A DNA stretch of 48,707 nt, counting the filler, from Bipalium vagum (Eukaryota), in NCBI GenBank assembly GCA_037834085.1. It is 2 parts of 2 records of this genome, joined end to end, with 100 filler letters (N's around TTAATTAATTAA, not from the genome) between each part and the next. Parts side by side here need not be neighbours in the genome. Positions count along the whole stretch, not along the records: positions 1 to 24,136 come from JBBMKC010202826.1; positions 24,237 to 48,707 come from JBBMKC010200830.1. One strand, given 5' to 3'. Shown here piece after piece: positions 23,015-35,900 of the stretch (position 1 is its first letter; each line of letters opens with the position of its first letter). The notes beneath the pieces are model-generated. The model did not search any database. It was not told where the DNA came from and was given only the letters and a program-made list of their open reading frames with translations. Both the position numbers and the translations under genes were made by a program.

Positions 23015-24050
23015 TATTAAGTTGAATCATAAGTTCCTTTGTTTTTTAAATATGTTTTTGTCCCAGTTCTGGTTGTATTTAGAATAATATCATGAATCTT
23101 TTGAAAGCTGATTATTCATTGTGTATAATTTTGTTTTACTGAAATAATTCTGAGATATATGGAAAAGGTGTCATAAGCGCGCGGACAGGTCAGAAATGAT
23201 TTGGATCATTTAAGAGGGATAAATTCTCATTACAAAACCAAATACGTTCCAGGTAGTCTACTGACATGGTTGAGAGGCATTTAAATGCACTTTTAAAAGA
23301 CAATGAACGACAAACGCATGCGTGAGTTGGCCGTTCAAATGAAATGCAACCAAATCTGTCGTCAGTTAAAATCAATGGGCAAAGGTTAAATGATGGGAAT
23401 GTGGATACCGCTTCAGTTGTCAGAAAACAAAAAAAAAACTATCGCTTCACAATTTCGGCATATTTGCTTGGCGTCATAGAGCCACTCATGGTCACAATGC
23501 AAGATTTCTCCATCGGATTGTCACTGGAGATGAGAAGTTTTGTCTAAGTAAGTCACCTAAAAAAGAAACAATGGGTAAACAAAAGCGAACCAGCAACATA
23601 TCAAGTTAAGAAAGATCTTCATGTTCGCAATCAGTGATCAGTGTGTGGTGAGACTGAAAGGATCTCATTTATTTTGAAATGTTCACATCTGAACCAAGTT
23701 ATATCAAGCGACCTGATCACCAAAGGTTAATAATTTTGCAGCACGACAACACCCGACCACAGAGTCAAGACCTGACTCCTTCAGATTTTCATCTTCTTTC
23801 GCTTTCTAATCAAATACGCGACTTAATATTCAACAATAATGGGGATCTAAAGGATTGGCTTGAGAATTACTTTGATTCTAGACAAACACAATTTTGGCAA
23901 AACGGCTCAACAAATCGGTACAACGATGGGAAAAAGATGTAAATGATGGTGGACAATACGTGAATAATTGATCTTTGTCTTTATTTCTGGTTGAATATTA
24001 TTGGCTAATAATTGATTAAAAAAATAACGAACTTATGCTTCAACCTAATA
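23015..24050 (+). mobile_element. Near full-length, internally deleted mariner element with both TIRs and TA target duplication
   Basis: Left end tattaagttgaatcataagttc (23015) and right end gaacttatgcttcaacctaata (24050) are inverted repeats. Internal fragments read IYGKGVISARTGQK*F, RFLHRIVTGDEK, IILQHDNTRP, DLTPSDFHL and WLENYFDS. Confidence 0.93.
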
Positions 24051-24136
24051 AATTGATTAAATGATAACCAATTCTTAATTATCTCATTTTAAGCCAATTA
24101 AAAAAAAGTAATATTATTTTATTATTTTTAAATTAA

Positions 24137-24236
24137 NNNNNNNNNNNNNNNNNNNNNNNNNNNNNNNNNNNNNNNNNNNNTTAATTAATTAANNNNNNNN
24201 NNNNNNNNNNNNNNNNNNNNNNNNNNNNNNNNNNNN
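24137..24236. other. Artificial contig-joining spacer N44-TTAATTAATTAA-N44 (100 nt)
   Basis: Symmetric N runs totalling exactly 100 nt around a 12-mer that has stops in all six frames. Confidence 0.85.
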
Positions 24237-25093
24237 GTCGCTATGATATACCTGGAGAATCAGTGCCAACCAAATTATCGTCGATGTCTGAATGGAGAAT
24301 GCCAACCATCTGGAAAGTTTTGTGATGGAATAAAGGACTGTTCGGATGGGTCGGATGAAATCCAGGCTATATGCAGTAATGACAAGCTTCATTATATTTG
24401 CATTCATATATGTTTTTGACAGATAAATGTGATCCTCTCATTAGAAAATGTGAATACTTTCGAAACAAAGCACCAATTAAACCTTCCTATCTTGCTCACT
24501 GGAAGTGTGATGGTGAAAATGATTGTGGAAATAAGTTTGACGAAGCAAAATGTTCTGGTAGATATTAATTATGAAGAATGATTTTCTGAAAAATCATTTA
24601 CCGTTTTAGAAGAAGATTTCAGGTGTGGAAATTTACAGTTTACATGTAGAAACGGGAAGAAGATTCCCAGAGCATATCAGTGTGATAAGGTCATTGACTG
24701 TCCGAATCAAGAAGATGAGATGGGTTGCGGTATTTCTTATTTGTGGTATTTGGTATTATTATAAAATTATTGGTCTTACCAGTATTGCCACAAATAATCG
24801 CATTTAATGGAAAGAAAATAAAAAAAGTGCGGAAAGGAGAAGACATCGAACTGAAATGTGAAGCTTTTGGAAATCCAAAACCCTTTGTTTTATGGAGACA
24901 TAACTGGGGTTGCTTAAGAGATCCATCAAGAATGACAGTGACAAGTTTCCTGCAAAGCTGTAAAAAGGTCATCAGCACATTGAAAATTAAAAATTTCCAG
25001 CCTGGCGATGATGGAATTTATAACTGCGAAACACTGAGCAACGAAAATAGGAGTTTCTCTGAAGACTACCAACTGATAATGGAATCCATTTAA
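24237..25093 (+). CDS. 5'-partial LDL-receptor class A x3 + Ig domain protein (perlecan domain II-like, short)
   Basis: Exons <24237-24375, 24423-24557, 24610-24729, 24783-25093, with phase-1 GT-AG introns of 47-53 nt. LDLa motifs [44 protein letters not shown]. The Ig domain [18 protein letters not shown]...DDGIYNCE resembles perlecan Ig1 (WRLNWG). Stop at 25093, AATAAA at about 25159. Confidence 0.88.
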
Positions 25094-25241
25094 GAGTTTG
25101 CTCAATTTTAATTTAACATATTAATGACTATTATGAGGATTTCGATATTTTTTGAATCAATAAATATTAGTTCACTCGAAAATTTCTGTGCATATTGACT
25201 TAGAATATCTAAGAAAAAAATCAAATAGTTTTTAACACTTT

Positions 25242-25560
25242 TATTTAACAAAATATTCTTTATTCTGTTTTATTATCCTTCCCCATCGGCCTGGTAGTTG
25301 AAAATTCCCACTGTAATAGAAATCCTTAAGTTTATTGGAGAAAAAGATATCTAAGTGGATTTTGATCGTCTTCAATGAATCAATTTTCTTACCGATCAAT
25401 GAATCTTAGATGGATAAAAATAAATGATAATCAGAAAGAGGAAGGTCGGGTGAGTCAGACGGTTACGTCATAAGATGGTATCCATACTCCATAAATATTT
25501 TTTATCACAATATTTTTTAGCACAATCATAGTAACAACCATTCTGACAGTATTTCCATAT
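25242..25560 (-). mobile_element. mariner transposase 3' remnant
   Basis: SDYHLFLSI*DSLIGKKIDSLKTIKIHLDIFFSNKLKDFYYSGNFQLPGRWGRIIKQNKEYFVK*. Confidence 0.82.
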
Positions 25561-27204
25561 CTAAATAATTACAAAATAATGATATGTCCAATACTTTACC
25601 GTTCATTTCGACCGCTGCATTTTTAATTTTATTCATTTATTTGCAGGACTTTCCGGATGATTTAATACGAATATTAGACCATACACAAAAATGAAATTTT
25701 ATTTTGGATGTAAATGAGAATTATTTTCCAAGACGTTTTAAGTTTTACTTTTTCCAAAAGGCAAATTCTCTGCTCATCATAATAAAGTATTAAAATAAAT
25801 AATGATCCCACTAGATTGGGACTACACTAAACCTTGTTTAATATCTAATTCTACTTTTTAATGTTTTCTAATGTAATTCTTAAAAAATTGTTTTGGATTC
25901 CCGTCACCCCTTGTATTCATCCCAGATAAATTGAATGCTTTTCGAAATCTCGATGAAATTCTAGTACCGTTACTGTTATATATACTAATGGAAACACTTC
26001 CATGAAGTAGTTTTCAACATATAATGCGAGACCGCATACGACCAGTATAACAACAAAAGAATCACAAGCGGAAACAATAACTTGAATATTTTTGTGAATA
26101 TAATTCAATGTTACATGTATAACAATGCTTTAGTAAGAACGTTTATATTCAATTAACTTTCCATAAAGATCTTTAAAAGAATTTCAATTTCATTACCAGT
26201 TACCAAAGGAAAATAATGTACTTTTTATCTTTCAAAAGTATTGTTCTAAATTTATTGTACATGAATGAGGAAATAAATCTATTTCATAAAGATACCTTTG
26301 TTCGAATCTTTGTTAAACCCACGTTAATTAAAATAAAATTCAATAATAAAAATAATTAATTTGCTTTTTGTTTTAATTTTTTTAATTTTGTTTTAATTTA
26401 TTTAAAAAAATATTTAACTTTCCAGCAGACATATTTATATATAAAAATGATTCTCTCATTTACCAACATTTACAATGTGTCCATAATTTGATAACTTTTA
26501 TATGAAACACACACGTGAAGGATACATATATATTTTAATCTCTGAGAGACTCAGTATTTGCGATATTTTGTTATATTAAAACAATTCAAGCCACAAATTT
26601 TGTTTTAAAATTTTTCGTCTATCATTTTATATTATCAAATAATGTTGGCAGTCAAATATAACAGAATGGGAATCTTGAGAGTCATTTCACTTCAAAATGA
26701 CTCTAAAAACGCCTACAAATGTAAACATTAAAACTTGTGGAATACTTCTTAGTAATAATTAAATCAAAATAGAGATGCCATTATGTTGTTTACTTTACAC
26801 GTTATGAATATTTATTTACGGCATTATTAGTCTTAATAACAACCCTTACCATCTCCCGAAGTTTTATTTAGTCAAGCTTTCAATTGCCATAACATTTTGG
26901 TGTTATAAAATAAAATTTTGATAACAATAATAAAGTTCGAATTTGTTTTAATGTTATATTGTGTGGTCAACACTTAATTTTTCAGATAATCTGATCATTA
27001 TCCGGAAGCTATTGACTTTTAAATTCTAATATTATTTTCTGGTTTCAAAATATTTAATCTTTTATATATTTCTAATTCCCTTTTTAATAAAATTTGTTGT
27101 CCTATGCAAACTCAAAAAAAGCTTTCCAATTTATTTAATAATGAAATGAGTTTGCACATTTTTAGTATTCATAATTATATAAGGTATATATATATGTGTG
27201 TGTA

Positions 27205-27848
27205 TACATGGTGCGTCAGCTATTTGAGGACAAAAATTGATATTAAAGGTAAGTAATATATTTAATGAAAAGATATAATATATTTACTTTAAAGCAATAT
27301 TAGAAACTTTATTTGTTTTAAGTTCATAAGTTTTATTTATTCAATAAAATCGCTTTCGGTGTCAATTACAGCTTCAAGACGGCCTCTGAAAAGCTTATAA
27401 GCCACGATCAAATGGTTTTTGTTCATATTTATCATAGCAGAACTTATAAAAGCCCTTAATGAATCTTTGGTATTGTGAAGATGTTTGCTCGTCTCCTTCT
27501 CTACTATAACATAACAAAATTAACATTTCTGACAATGTCTGAAAGTGTGGAATTTGTTTTTCTTTTAGATGTAGAGGAAGCATCTCGATCAGATGCCAAA
27601 CATTCCTTTCTAATTTTATTGACAAACGATCTACCACATTAAGAAATTTCTGTCACTGTGTCCAGCAGCTAATGCAACAATAACTACATGCCTTTTCATT
27701 TCTTGTGTTAAATCAAAAGTTATCTCTTCCATTTATAAATTAAAAACTAATTATTTAATGTTGTATCAATAAATATTGCAAATCGATTTTAGCGCCACTA
27801 AAAACAATTTTAACATATTTTGTCCTCCAATGGCTGACGCACCCTGTA
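27205..27848 (-). mobile_element. Internally deleted DD37D (maT-type) Tc1/mariner element with TIRs
   Basis: TIRs ta-catggtgcgtcagctatttgaggacaaaa and ttttgtcctccaatggctgacgcaccctg-ta. N-terminal relic MEEITFDLTQEMKRHVVIVALAAGHSD and C-terminal relic VEKETSKHLHNTKDSLRAFI...FRGRLEAVIDTESDFIE*. The catalytic middle is missing. Confidence 0.88.
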
Positions 27849-28204
27849 TATATAAACTTGGCTGAAATAAGACATAGTCTGCACTTTACTACCATTTGTT
27901 TAAATATATATTAAAAATTTATTATAAAATACAAAAAGTAAATTGTTTTTTCCATATTGAACTGTCGTTTTGTATTTTTGTAATTGCATTTTGAACAAGA
28001 GAAATGTCCTGGAAAAAAACCTTTTCAACCAAATATACTAACCATCCAATTTTTGAAAAATCATCATACTTTTATAGTTGGTATATTCATCATCTCAAGT
28101 GATATATTATTTTTTTTTAAAAAGAGAAAAAAATTTTTACAAAATATTTAAATTAAAAATTAGACCGACGTTTAGATAAAAAAAGTGTGTTGTTTTAAAT
28201 ATGA

Positions 28205-28246
28205 TTGACTGATGATGAACTGATAATAGTTCGAAACATGTTTCTT
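28205..28246 (+). ncRNA. Minimal type-I hammerhead ribozyme (Penelope-type)
   Basis: CTGATGA (28209-15), T, stem II GAACT/gataat/AGTTC, GAAA, palindromic CATG, then TT (GUU cleavage triplet). Stem I is weak (2 bp). The flanks resemble the Penelope 3' region at 6.2-6.5 kb. Confidence 0.68.
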
Positions 28247-29981
28247 GATAATAAATGTTTGGAAAAAATTTGTTCAAAACTATTGAAATGCGTCTATTTA
28301 AAAAATAAATTGATATATTATTATTGATAATTATAATATAATGCTAATAATTGATGTTATATTTCTATAATAATTTTCATAACATTAAATAAAAAATCTA
28401 CGTATTTCTTCATTTTATTTTAATCATTTAAGATAAATTTAAAGATTTAGCTTATTAAGACATTAGTTTAAACAAGTTTTGGTTGCTAGGTACAGACTGT
28501 GCTACAATAGCTCCAGTAAGACTTATTAATGTTTATCCATGCAAAATTTTATTGTTAAACAGAGTATTCCTATAAAAATCTCCTTAATCTTATAATAAAA
28601 AAGAGCCTTGCCCTAGACTACAAATGTGTAAGAAAAATTATAAAAAACCTAGAGTTATTTAATTTAATTAAATAAAAAAGATTCACAATTAACAGTGAAA
28701 TGCATATATCCCGAGTTTGCTATAAATTTAAGAAAAATATATAATGGTAAGATAAAGTTACTAGTTTTATTATCTCAATAAAAAATTGGAAATAGTAGCC
28801 TTATGTTACCAATATAAATACTAATAAAAGATGAAATTGTATAAAATCTGGAAGGAAAATGTGAAAATATAATATTTGTCAATATCAAAAAGTTTATCAT
28901 TTTTTTATTCTTTAGATTTAGTATGACTACTAAATAAGGGAACTTTTACTTGAGAGCCCTTGAGATTAGAACAGCGAAGATCATTGTTCTTTCTTTTCTA
29001 ATCTCTTTCCGAATAATCTTTTCAAAGTTATTAAAATCGTAAAAGCCTGTAAAGTAGTATAAAATATTTTATATTAATATATTTTTTTAAATCCATTTTG
29101 CTATTTGATCATTTCATTCTAATTTTAATTCAAGTAATAGTAAAGACTTTTTTGAAGTAAATTTCGGACAAATGCCCTATACAAATCCTTTTATACAAAA
29201 TACCTATTAATGTACACTTTTGTTTTAAGATTCGAAAATGTGATTACTTTCATTTTCTAATATTTCAATGGACAAAAATGATAATCAATAATAGTATTGG
29301 TTGAAGAAGATCTGAAGCATGTTTTAAAAATCTATGAATAAAATTTTGTACTTTCAGAATTGTCTGCTAAGGAATGTATTTTAGAAAAATGTACTTTTGC
29401 ATCATGAAACTTTCAGCTAAGTGAAAATGAGCTTCAACAGTTATTATGAATTTCACAACATTTGGACCTCTCATCGGATTAGTCTAACTAGGAATTAGAA
29501 TACTTTAACCAGCTGTATAAAGATTTCATTCTTAAAACTGTTTTTAAGAAAAAGTATGTTTTCAATTGTAAACACTGGGCATCATCCCAAAGGATCATTT
29601 CCTGTCAGGTTCAATTCTGGTACCCAATGTTATGGAACTAAAACTTTTAACAGGCTTTAGCACCTGTGATTCTACAAAATTTTCAGATATCTGAAAAGTT
29701 ACAATCCCCCTTTTCCTTCATATCTTTTTTGTCTGGGTCGTGAATTTCCTCTTGTCATCACAAAAAATTGAAAATATTAAATTCAAAAGATAAAAGATCC
29801 CTTGATATTTTAGCTTTTAATGATAATCGTAATATTAATAATCCCTAATTCACTCAAACCAAAATTACTACAGTGCTATATTAATTGATAACATAACATA
29901 ATTCAAATGTACTGTTGTTCTATTCTATTAAAAGGTCTCTGTGGTTTCTAATAAAATCAGAAAAGAAATTATCTATACATT

Positions 29982-32900
29982 TTATCGCTTTTTCGACTGT
30001 AACACTGCAGAGGTTGTAAAATCATTTACGCCATCTTTAACTTCTTGCTCTTTTTTGCGAACAGTGCCCATCACCTTATGGTGTAACTCTGCTCTAGTAA
30101 AAGGCCGCAGATCTTTTGTAACATCGGTTTCTAAAATTAATTATATATTTATACTTGTTTATGATCATAACAAGAATGTGCCTTCATCGAAATCATCAGT
30201 AACAACGGGTACTTTAACACTCGGATTGGCTACCGGCATAGTTAGACCACTGCCAATAAGAACAGACTTTGGTTCAAAAATTGCTTCGTTGTCATGAAGG
30301 GCAATGAAATTCCTCAACAATAACAATTCGTTTACACGATTTTCTATGGTACTTAAATAAATGAGAATCGAGTGGGTCTGTGGTCCTTTTGGACCAAGCA
30401 ATTTATCTAATTGACACCTGAACATGTTTTCATTTATGAATAGAATAACCAATGATTATAACTAGAACAAAATTTAAACGGATATTAATTTTCACCGGGG
30501 TCTTTTTCAAAGATATTAAGACAATAATAATAAAAGCAGAGAAATTGTATCACAACAATAAACATTTAACATTTGTATCACAACAAGATAATGCTATAAG
30601 GCAAAACTATTTATAGATTTATTTAAATTTTACATATTATATTAGGTTATATTATGGTGGTTTATTTGACTTCATTTTTCGGCTAAAAGTCTTAATATTA
30701 ATATGATTACCCGTTGTTTTTATTTTATGCCGAGCTAAATGAGCGCTGCAATGTCCCACTTCTCAGTCATAAAGGCTTCTTCATTTTCTTGTATAATTTT
30801 ACCCAACTGTAATTTCCGTTCTATTTTCAATGCTGTTAATGTTTTATGCTGTCTTTCTCCAATGTTTATTTGTCTTCCAAATTTTGCCTCAATATTGCAA
30901 ATAAATGGTTTTACTCTGGCTTCTATTTTGTGTATCGGCACTTTCGAAATAAAATGTTCCTGCTTTACACAAAACCAAATTGTCTACACCTCCTATCAGA
31001 TCAGGGGTAACATTTTTTACAACAATAAAATTAATTTCTGCTTGTCTGCCTTCTATTACGACATTTACTGACAGTTTCCCGTGGTATCTAATGCGTTGTC
31101 ATTTGCACACCGTAATCTGTTTAGCTGACCATATAAATCCATCATGTATCATCTATTACTCACCTCAAAACTGTTTCTTCTTATAAATCTGTATACTTTT
31201 TTCGTCCACACTGTCATCTTCTTTTACATCCAGTGCATCCTGGGAATAATCACTGACGTAACTGAATTGATGGCTCCCACTAGCTCCCACTATCTTTTGG
31301 GTGTTTCTCATCTTCAGGTATATTACTAAATTGAATAAACTTTCTTCGTGTGTTTCTATGGCATTCATTCTGTTAAAACTTACTCTGTTTCTTGTTCTCT
31401 CAGACTTCTAGATTGGTATCTATGTAAATCGAATTGTGCATAGCATTCTAACGTATAATGTCCATGTTTTTTTGTATTTTAAACTGACAACATTGGGACA
31501 TATTCTTCTAATATGATCAGGTTTTTGCACGCGAAACATTTTCTTTGAGGACATTTTCTACTTAAATGTCTCATTTTGTTGCAAGACCAACAAACAATAT
31601 CACTTTGGTCTCTTCGCCTGTTAATACTATCGTAGTTGCCTGTCATGTGTCTTGATCCTGCAAAATTCTTCAATACTGTGTGGTGTTCCGGGACCTTTGT
31701 TATCTATACCATCTTCATTTTATTCTGCACTGTATTCTTCTTGACAGCATCACTGTAATTTATGACAACATTGATTTTCTCGTTTCTCTTTTTAATAATT
31801 ATTTCCATTTTTTCACCAGAGCTTCAATATCATCCATATTTTTTAGTTTCCTCATTTCTACTTCCCGATTCATTTCTTCATCATTCACGCAGTGTAATAA
31901 CTTTCTTGATATTAAATTTTCATCTGTGGTTTGATGCGCCAACGCCTTTTTCACTTTCTCCTTTATTATCTTCACAAATGATTGAATATCTTCGTTTCCT
32001 CTTCTGTATTGTAATAGGTTTTCCCAATCTGTGAATCATCTTCACCGGTTCTGCAAAGACTAGTCGCAATCTAGCTTCGAACCCATCTGCTTTTAAAGCT
32101 GTTTTCTCATAATCTTCAATGAGGTCTTCGTCAATCATGGCGTCGATCATGCTTTCTTTGACCTTTTTGATTTTTCTAATAAATCAAAATACCTTAGACA
32201 TTGACAAATAAATATTTCGATGTTTTCGCCTTTTTGCAGAATTTTGGGTAACAGTCTTCCAGTCAGTGGATCTACTGGTGTAGTTAACATGTTAATCTGT
32301 TCAGTATTATCGAGAAGAAATTTCATAATACAAAAATATATTTCAAAAACAATGCTTTTCGTCCGTGTTCTGATTATTAAAACAATAATCATCAATAAAT
32401 TTAATTATTTCCATTACAGTGAGTATTTGAGTAATTGAGTTGTAAGAAAATTTTAAATTGAAGAAGTGTAATCATTAATTGTAGTTTCAAATACACTACT
32501 TTATATATTAATCCCAAAGCAAGACAACTTATAAATCCCGACTTAATAAAATCAAATTTTTTAAAGACTTTTCCCAAGAGGACATTTTCAAATTCTCAAA
32601 ATAAGTAATAATCAGTAAGAGATAGGCCAATGAGTTTTGTTGGAAAAGGGTGAATATTATATTCAAGTTTATTCATTTTTGCAAAGGTGGTTTTGCTACA
32701 CGTGCTTTGGTGCTGTCATGCAGAAAAGTTCGACTTTTTGTTGGAAATCGATGAGAGATTATTAATTTAAAATTTTTTAAAGCATGCAAGTGTTAACTAC
32801 TTAGATTTCTCTCACATTATGACTGCTTTTAGAATATTGAGTAATATTTTCTTTGACTCAAAAGTATTTCTGGAATTTTTTATTTTGGTAATAAATTTTA

Positions 32901-35900
32901 TAATTTCTGAAAAACACGAAATAATTTAGTACAATTAAGGTAAGTGCGGTGGTTTAATATCACAATGCAAGCGTTTGGATGAAGGAAGTGGATTTTGAGA
33001 TCTATGGAGAGTAGCATCCTCCAAGTGTTTTGTCTCTGAATTACTTCTAGGCTCAAATGGTCGAATGAACTTTTAAGATTTATAAATGACATTTAAAGTG
33101 TTAATATTTTAAAATTTTAATTAATTATCATTATTATGTATTTGATGAATAAAGTTTGTTATCTACTAGTTATTTTTTAAAATTTTTTAAATGCCATATT
33201 TTAATAATTTATACCATTTTTATATTTTTACTGAATAAATGCCATTTTTAAATTGCCCTAGTTATCAACGTCAGGCATATAAGAAATCTGTTTTAAACGG
33301 TTCCGGATAGCTTACCTGTTTTTTGAAAAAAAAACCCAAATCTGATAGTGAAATTTCTTTGGACAATGATGTTCTACGGAAGCTTATTGAAGATTTGAAG
33401 TCGAATAAGCAAGAAATGACAAGCAATCTTGGAGCTAGTTTTAAGGATCATTTTTAAAGAAAAATATAATACTAAGTGAGAATCAAAAAATGTGATGAAT
33501 ATAGTTAGCCATAAAACGACCCATATTTTATCAATCGATTAATAAAGAAAATTAATCAATATTAATTATATGCAATTAATTACTGATACCTCTCACAGCC
33601 AATCTTTTCAAACATGATGCGAACCTTTTCAACAATTTCTGCTATACAATCATTTGTGACTTTTAAATTACTTTCATTGGTTTCAACCAGTTCCAACAGA
33701 TCTTTCTTTTTGGATTCGAACTCCTGGATCCTTTCATAATGATGATAATCCGATTTGTTTGAATTCTTTTCCAATTTGCTGATCTCATTTTTGATCTACA
33801 CATATCATGAAGTAAACAAAGGGAAAAAAGATGGAAAGAACGAGAGAAGATTAATACAAGTGCTCACTTTTGTCACTTCGTCTGCCAAATTGTCCATTTC
33901 CGAATTCAATTCTGCCACATAATTGAATAGGGCATAATTTCGATCTTCTTTCTGAATAAAGGTATCCACTAATTTGTCAATGTCATGCTGACCACTTAAC
34001 TCGAGCATTTGATCAAATGCTTTTTCATAGGCCTCAATTGAATTGGCTACAGCCATGGCTTTTTCTTCAACTTCCTTTGCTCGTTTCGCCTAATAGATAC
34101 ACTCGAGGTGAAGCACATTTTCATTGATATTTTAAAAAGCCTTTGATTTCATTACATGAAGATTTTATATTGGGAAATTATCATACTCCGTAATTAAAGC
34201 ACTACACTTTCTAACAATTCAAACTTGTTTATATTTTGATTCAAAGATGATATCCTTTATTATTAGATTTTCTTTCAATGTCAAAAATTGTTTGCTAAGT
34301 AAATATTGGTAGAAGTCTCTCAATGTAATTCTGTTTATTAATTTTTTTTCAATATAAGAGCTTCCTATGAAATTTTTTTTCATTTACACAACCTTCCTAA
34401 GTGACCTGTGAATTTCTTTTTACAAAATATTATATTTAGTTTAAATTTGATTTGCTCCGATTTTTATGTATGATCCTTTGAAAAACAGAATAAACCTAAT
34501 CTCACTGCACAATAACATCTGAACCTGTTTTCGAAGGGTGTACGTCGCCCAATATTCCGTCAATAGCTTGGTCTGTAAGTAATTTCAAAGATCCTCACTA
34601 AAGTGGCCAAATGGTTTCGGTTAAGTATTAATTCAGTACAAATTTAGTATTTATTTAATTCATTATTTATTTAGTACAGCCCAAAAAATAACAATAAATT
34701 GTTTCATATCTTTAGTTTCTTCAAAAAATCACCAATACTTTCCTGCAACTGCAATATTTTTGAGTTTAACTAAAAATAGGGGTCTGTCGTAATTATTAAT
34801 TTCCATTTCATTTAATAATTTTGATTCCAAATCAATAATAGTTTATAAGCTCTAAATTATTTCATGTTAAGTTCCGTTATTGAAAAAGAAGTAGAATCTT
34901 TTAGAACTTTAGATATTTAATAACTTATAACAATTTTTATTCACAATTTTTATGGTAAAAAAATTATCAAACATTTTTAAAATAAATTTTCTTTTTATAA
35001 TAAAATTAAAGAAAAACCTTCCAAGCAGTTAATTGAGGATCTTCCTGTCTTTCCAGTGCTTTATTGCTCATAAAGGTTTTCAATTTTCTATCATGATCTA
35101 TAATTCTGACCAGCTCCTTCATTTCTAAATTGTGCTGGGCCAGATCTTTGTCGCATTTCTCGGTGATTTGTAGCATTTTCGTGTGAGCTTCTTCCCTGAA
35201 TTGTAACAAATTAAAATTTTTTGATATTTTGGTAATATTAATATAATAGATTTGTGAATTAATTCGGCTCGTTTTTATGCCAATTAATTATTGAATATTT
35301 TTAGCAATAATTTTGAATTTTTTTAGTTTGGAAATATTTACTAACAAACTTTTTGAATTGTAACAATAATTGATTAACTCAATTAAAAATTTCAAAATTT
35401 GAACAGCACAAGGAACATTTCCGAGTGTGCTCATTTTCTGCTTCCATTTTGGAAATGACACAGCTGAAGCTAATCGACTTCTCATAGAAGTTTATAGTGA
35501 AATTGCTCCGCACGATAAATCATGCAGAGAATAGTTTAAGCGTTTCTGGTTGGCCGATTTCAGTGTCCATGACATGCCTCATTCAGAACAAGTTTTAGTA
35601 CCATGAATTACTCATGTTAATCAGTGAAGATCTGTGTCAATCACATAATGAACTCTCGGAAAATATTGACAAAAGAACAATTTCTGTGCGTTTGGTAGCT
35701 ATGGGAAAGAAACGTGGAGAGGCGGATATCAATGTGTGAATTTTGTTTGAAAGGGAAAAATATGTTTTTGCACCGTATTTTGATTACAGAAGAAAATTAA
35801 ATATACCTCAGTAATACTAAATAAAGAAAATCTATATTTGATCCCACGCAATTGTCCAAATAAACACCGAGTTAAAATATTCTATGCAAAGAAAATGTTA

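Noticed and set aside
29588-29605. GGATCATTTC resembling U3 snoRNA box A
   Set aside because: The other U3 boxes are not present at suitable spacing.
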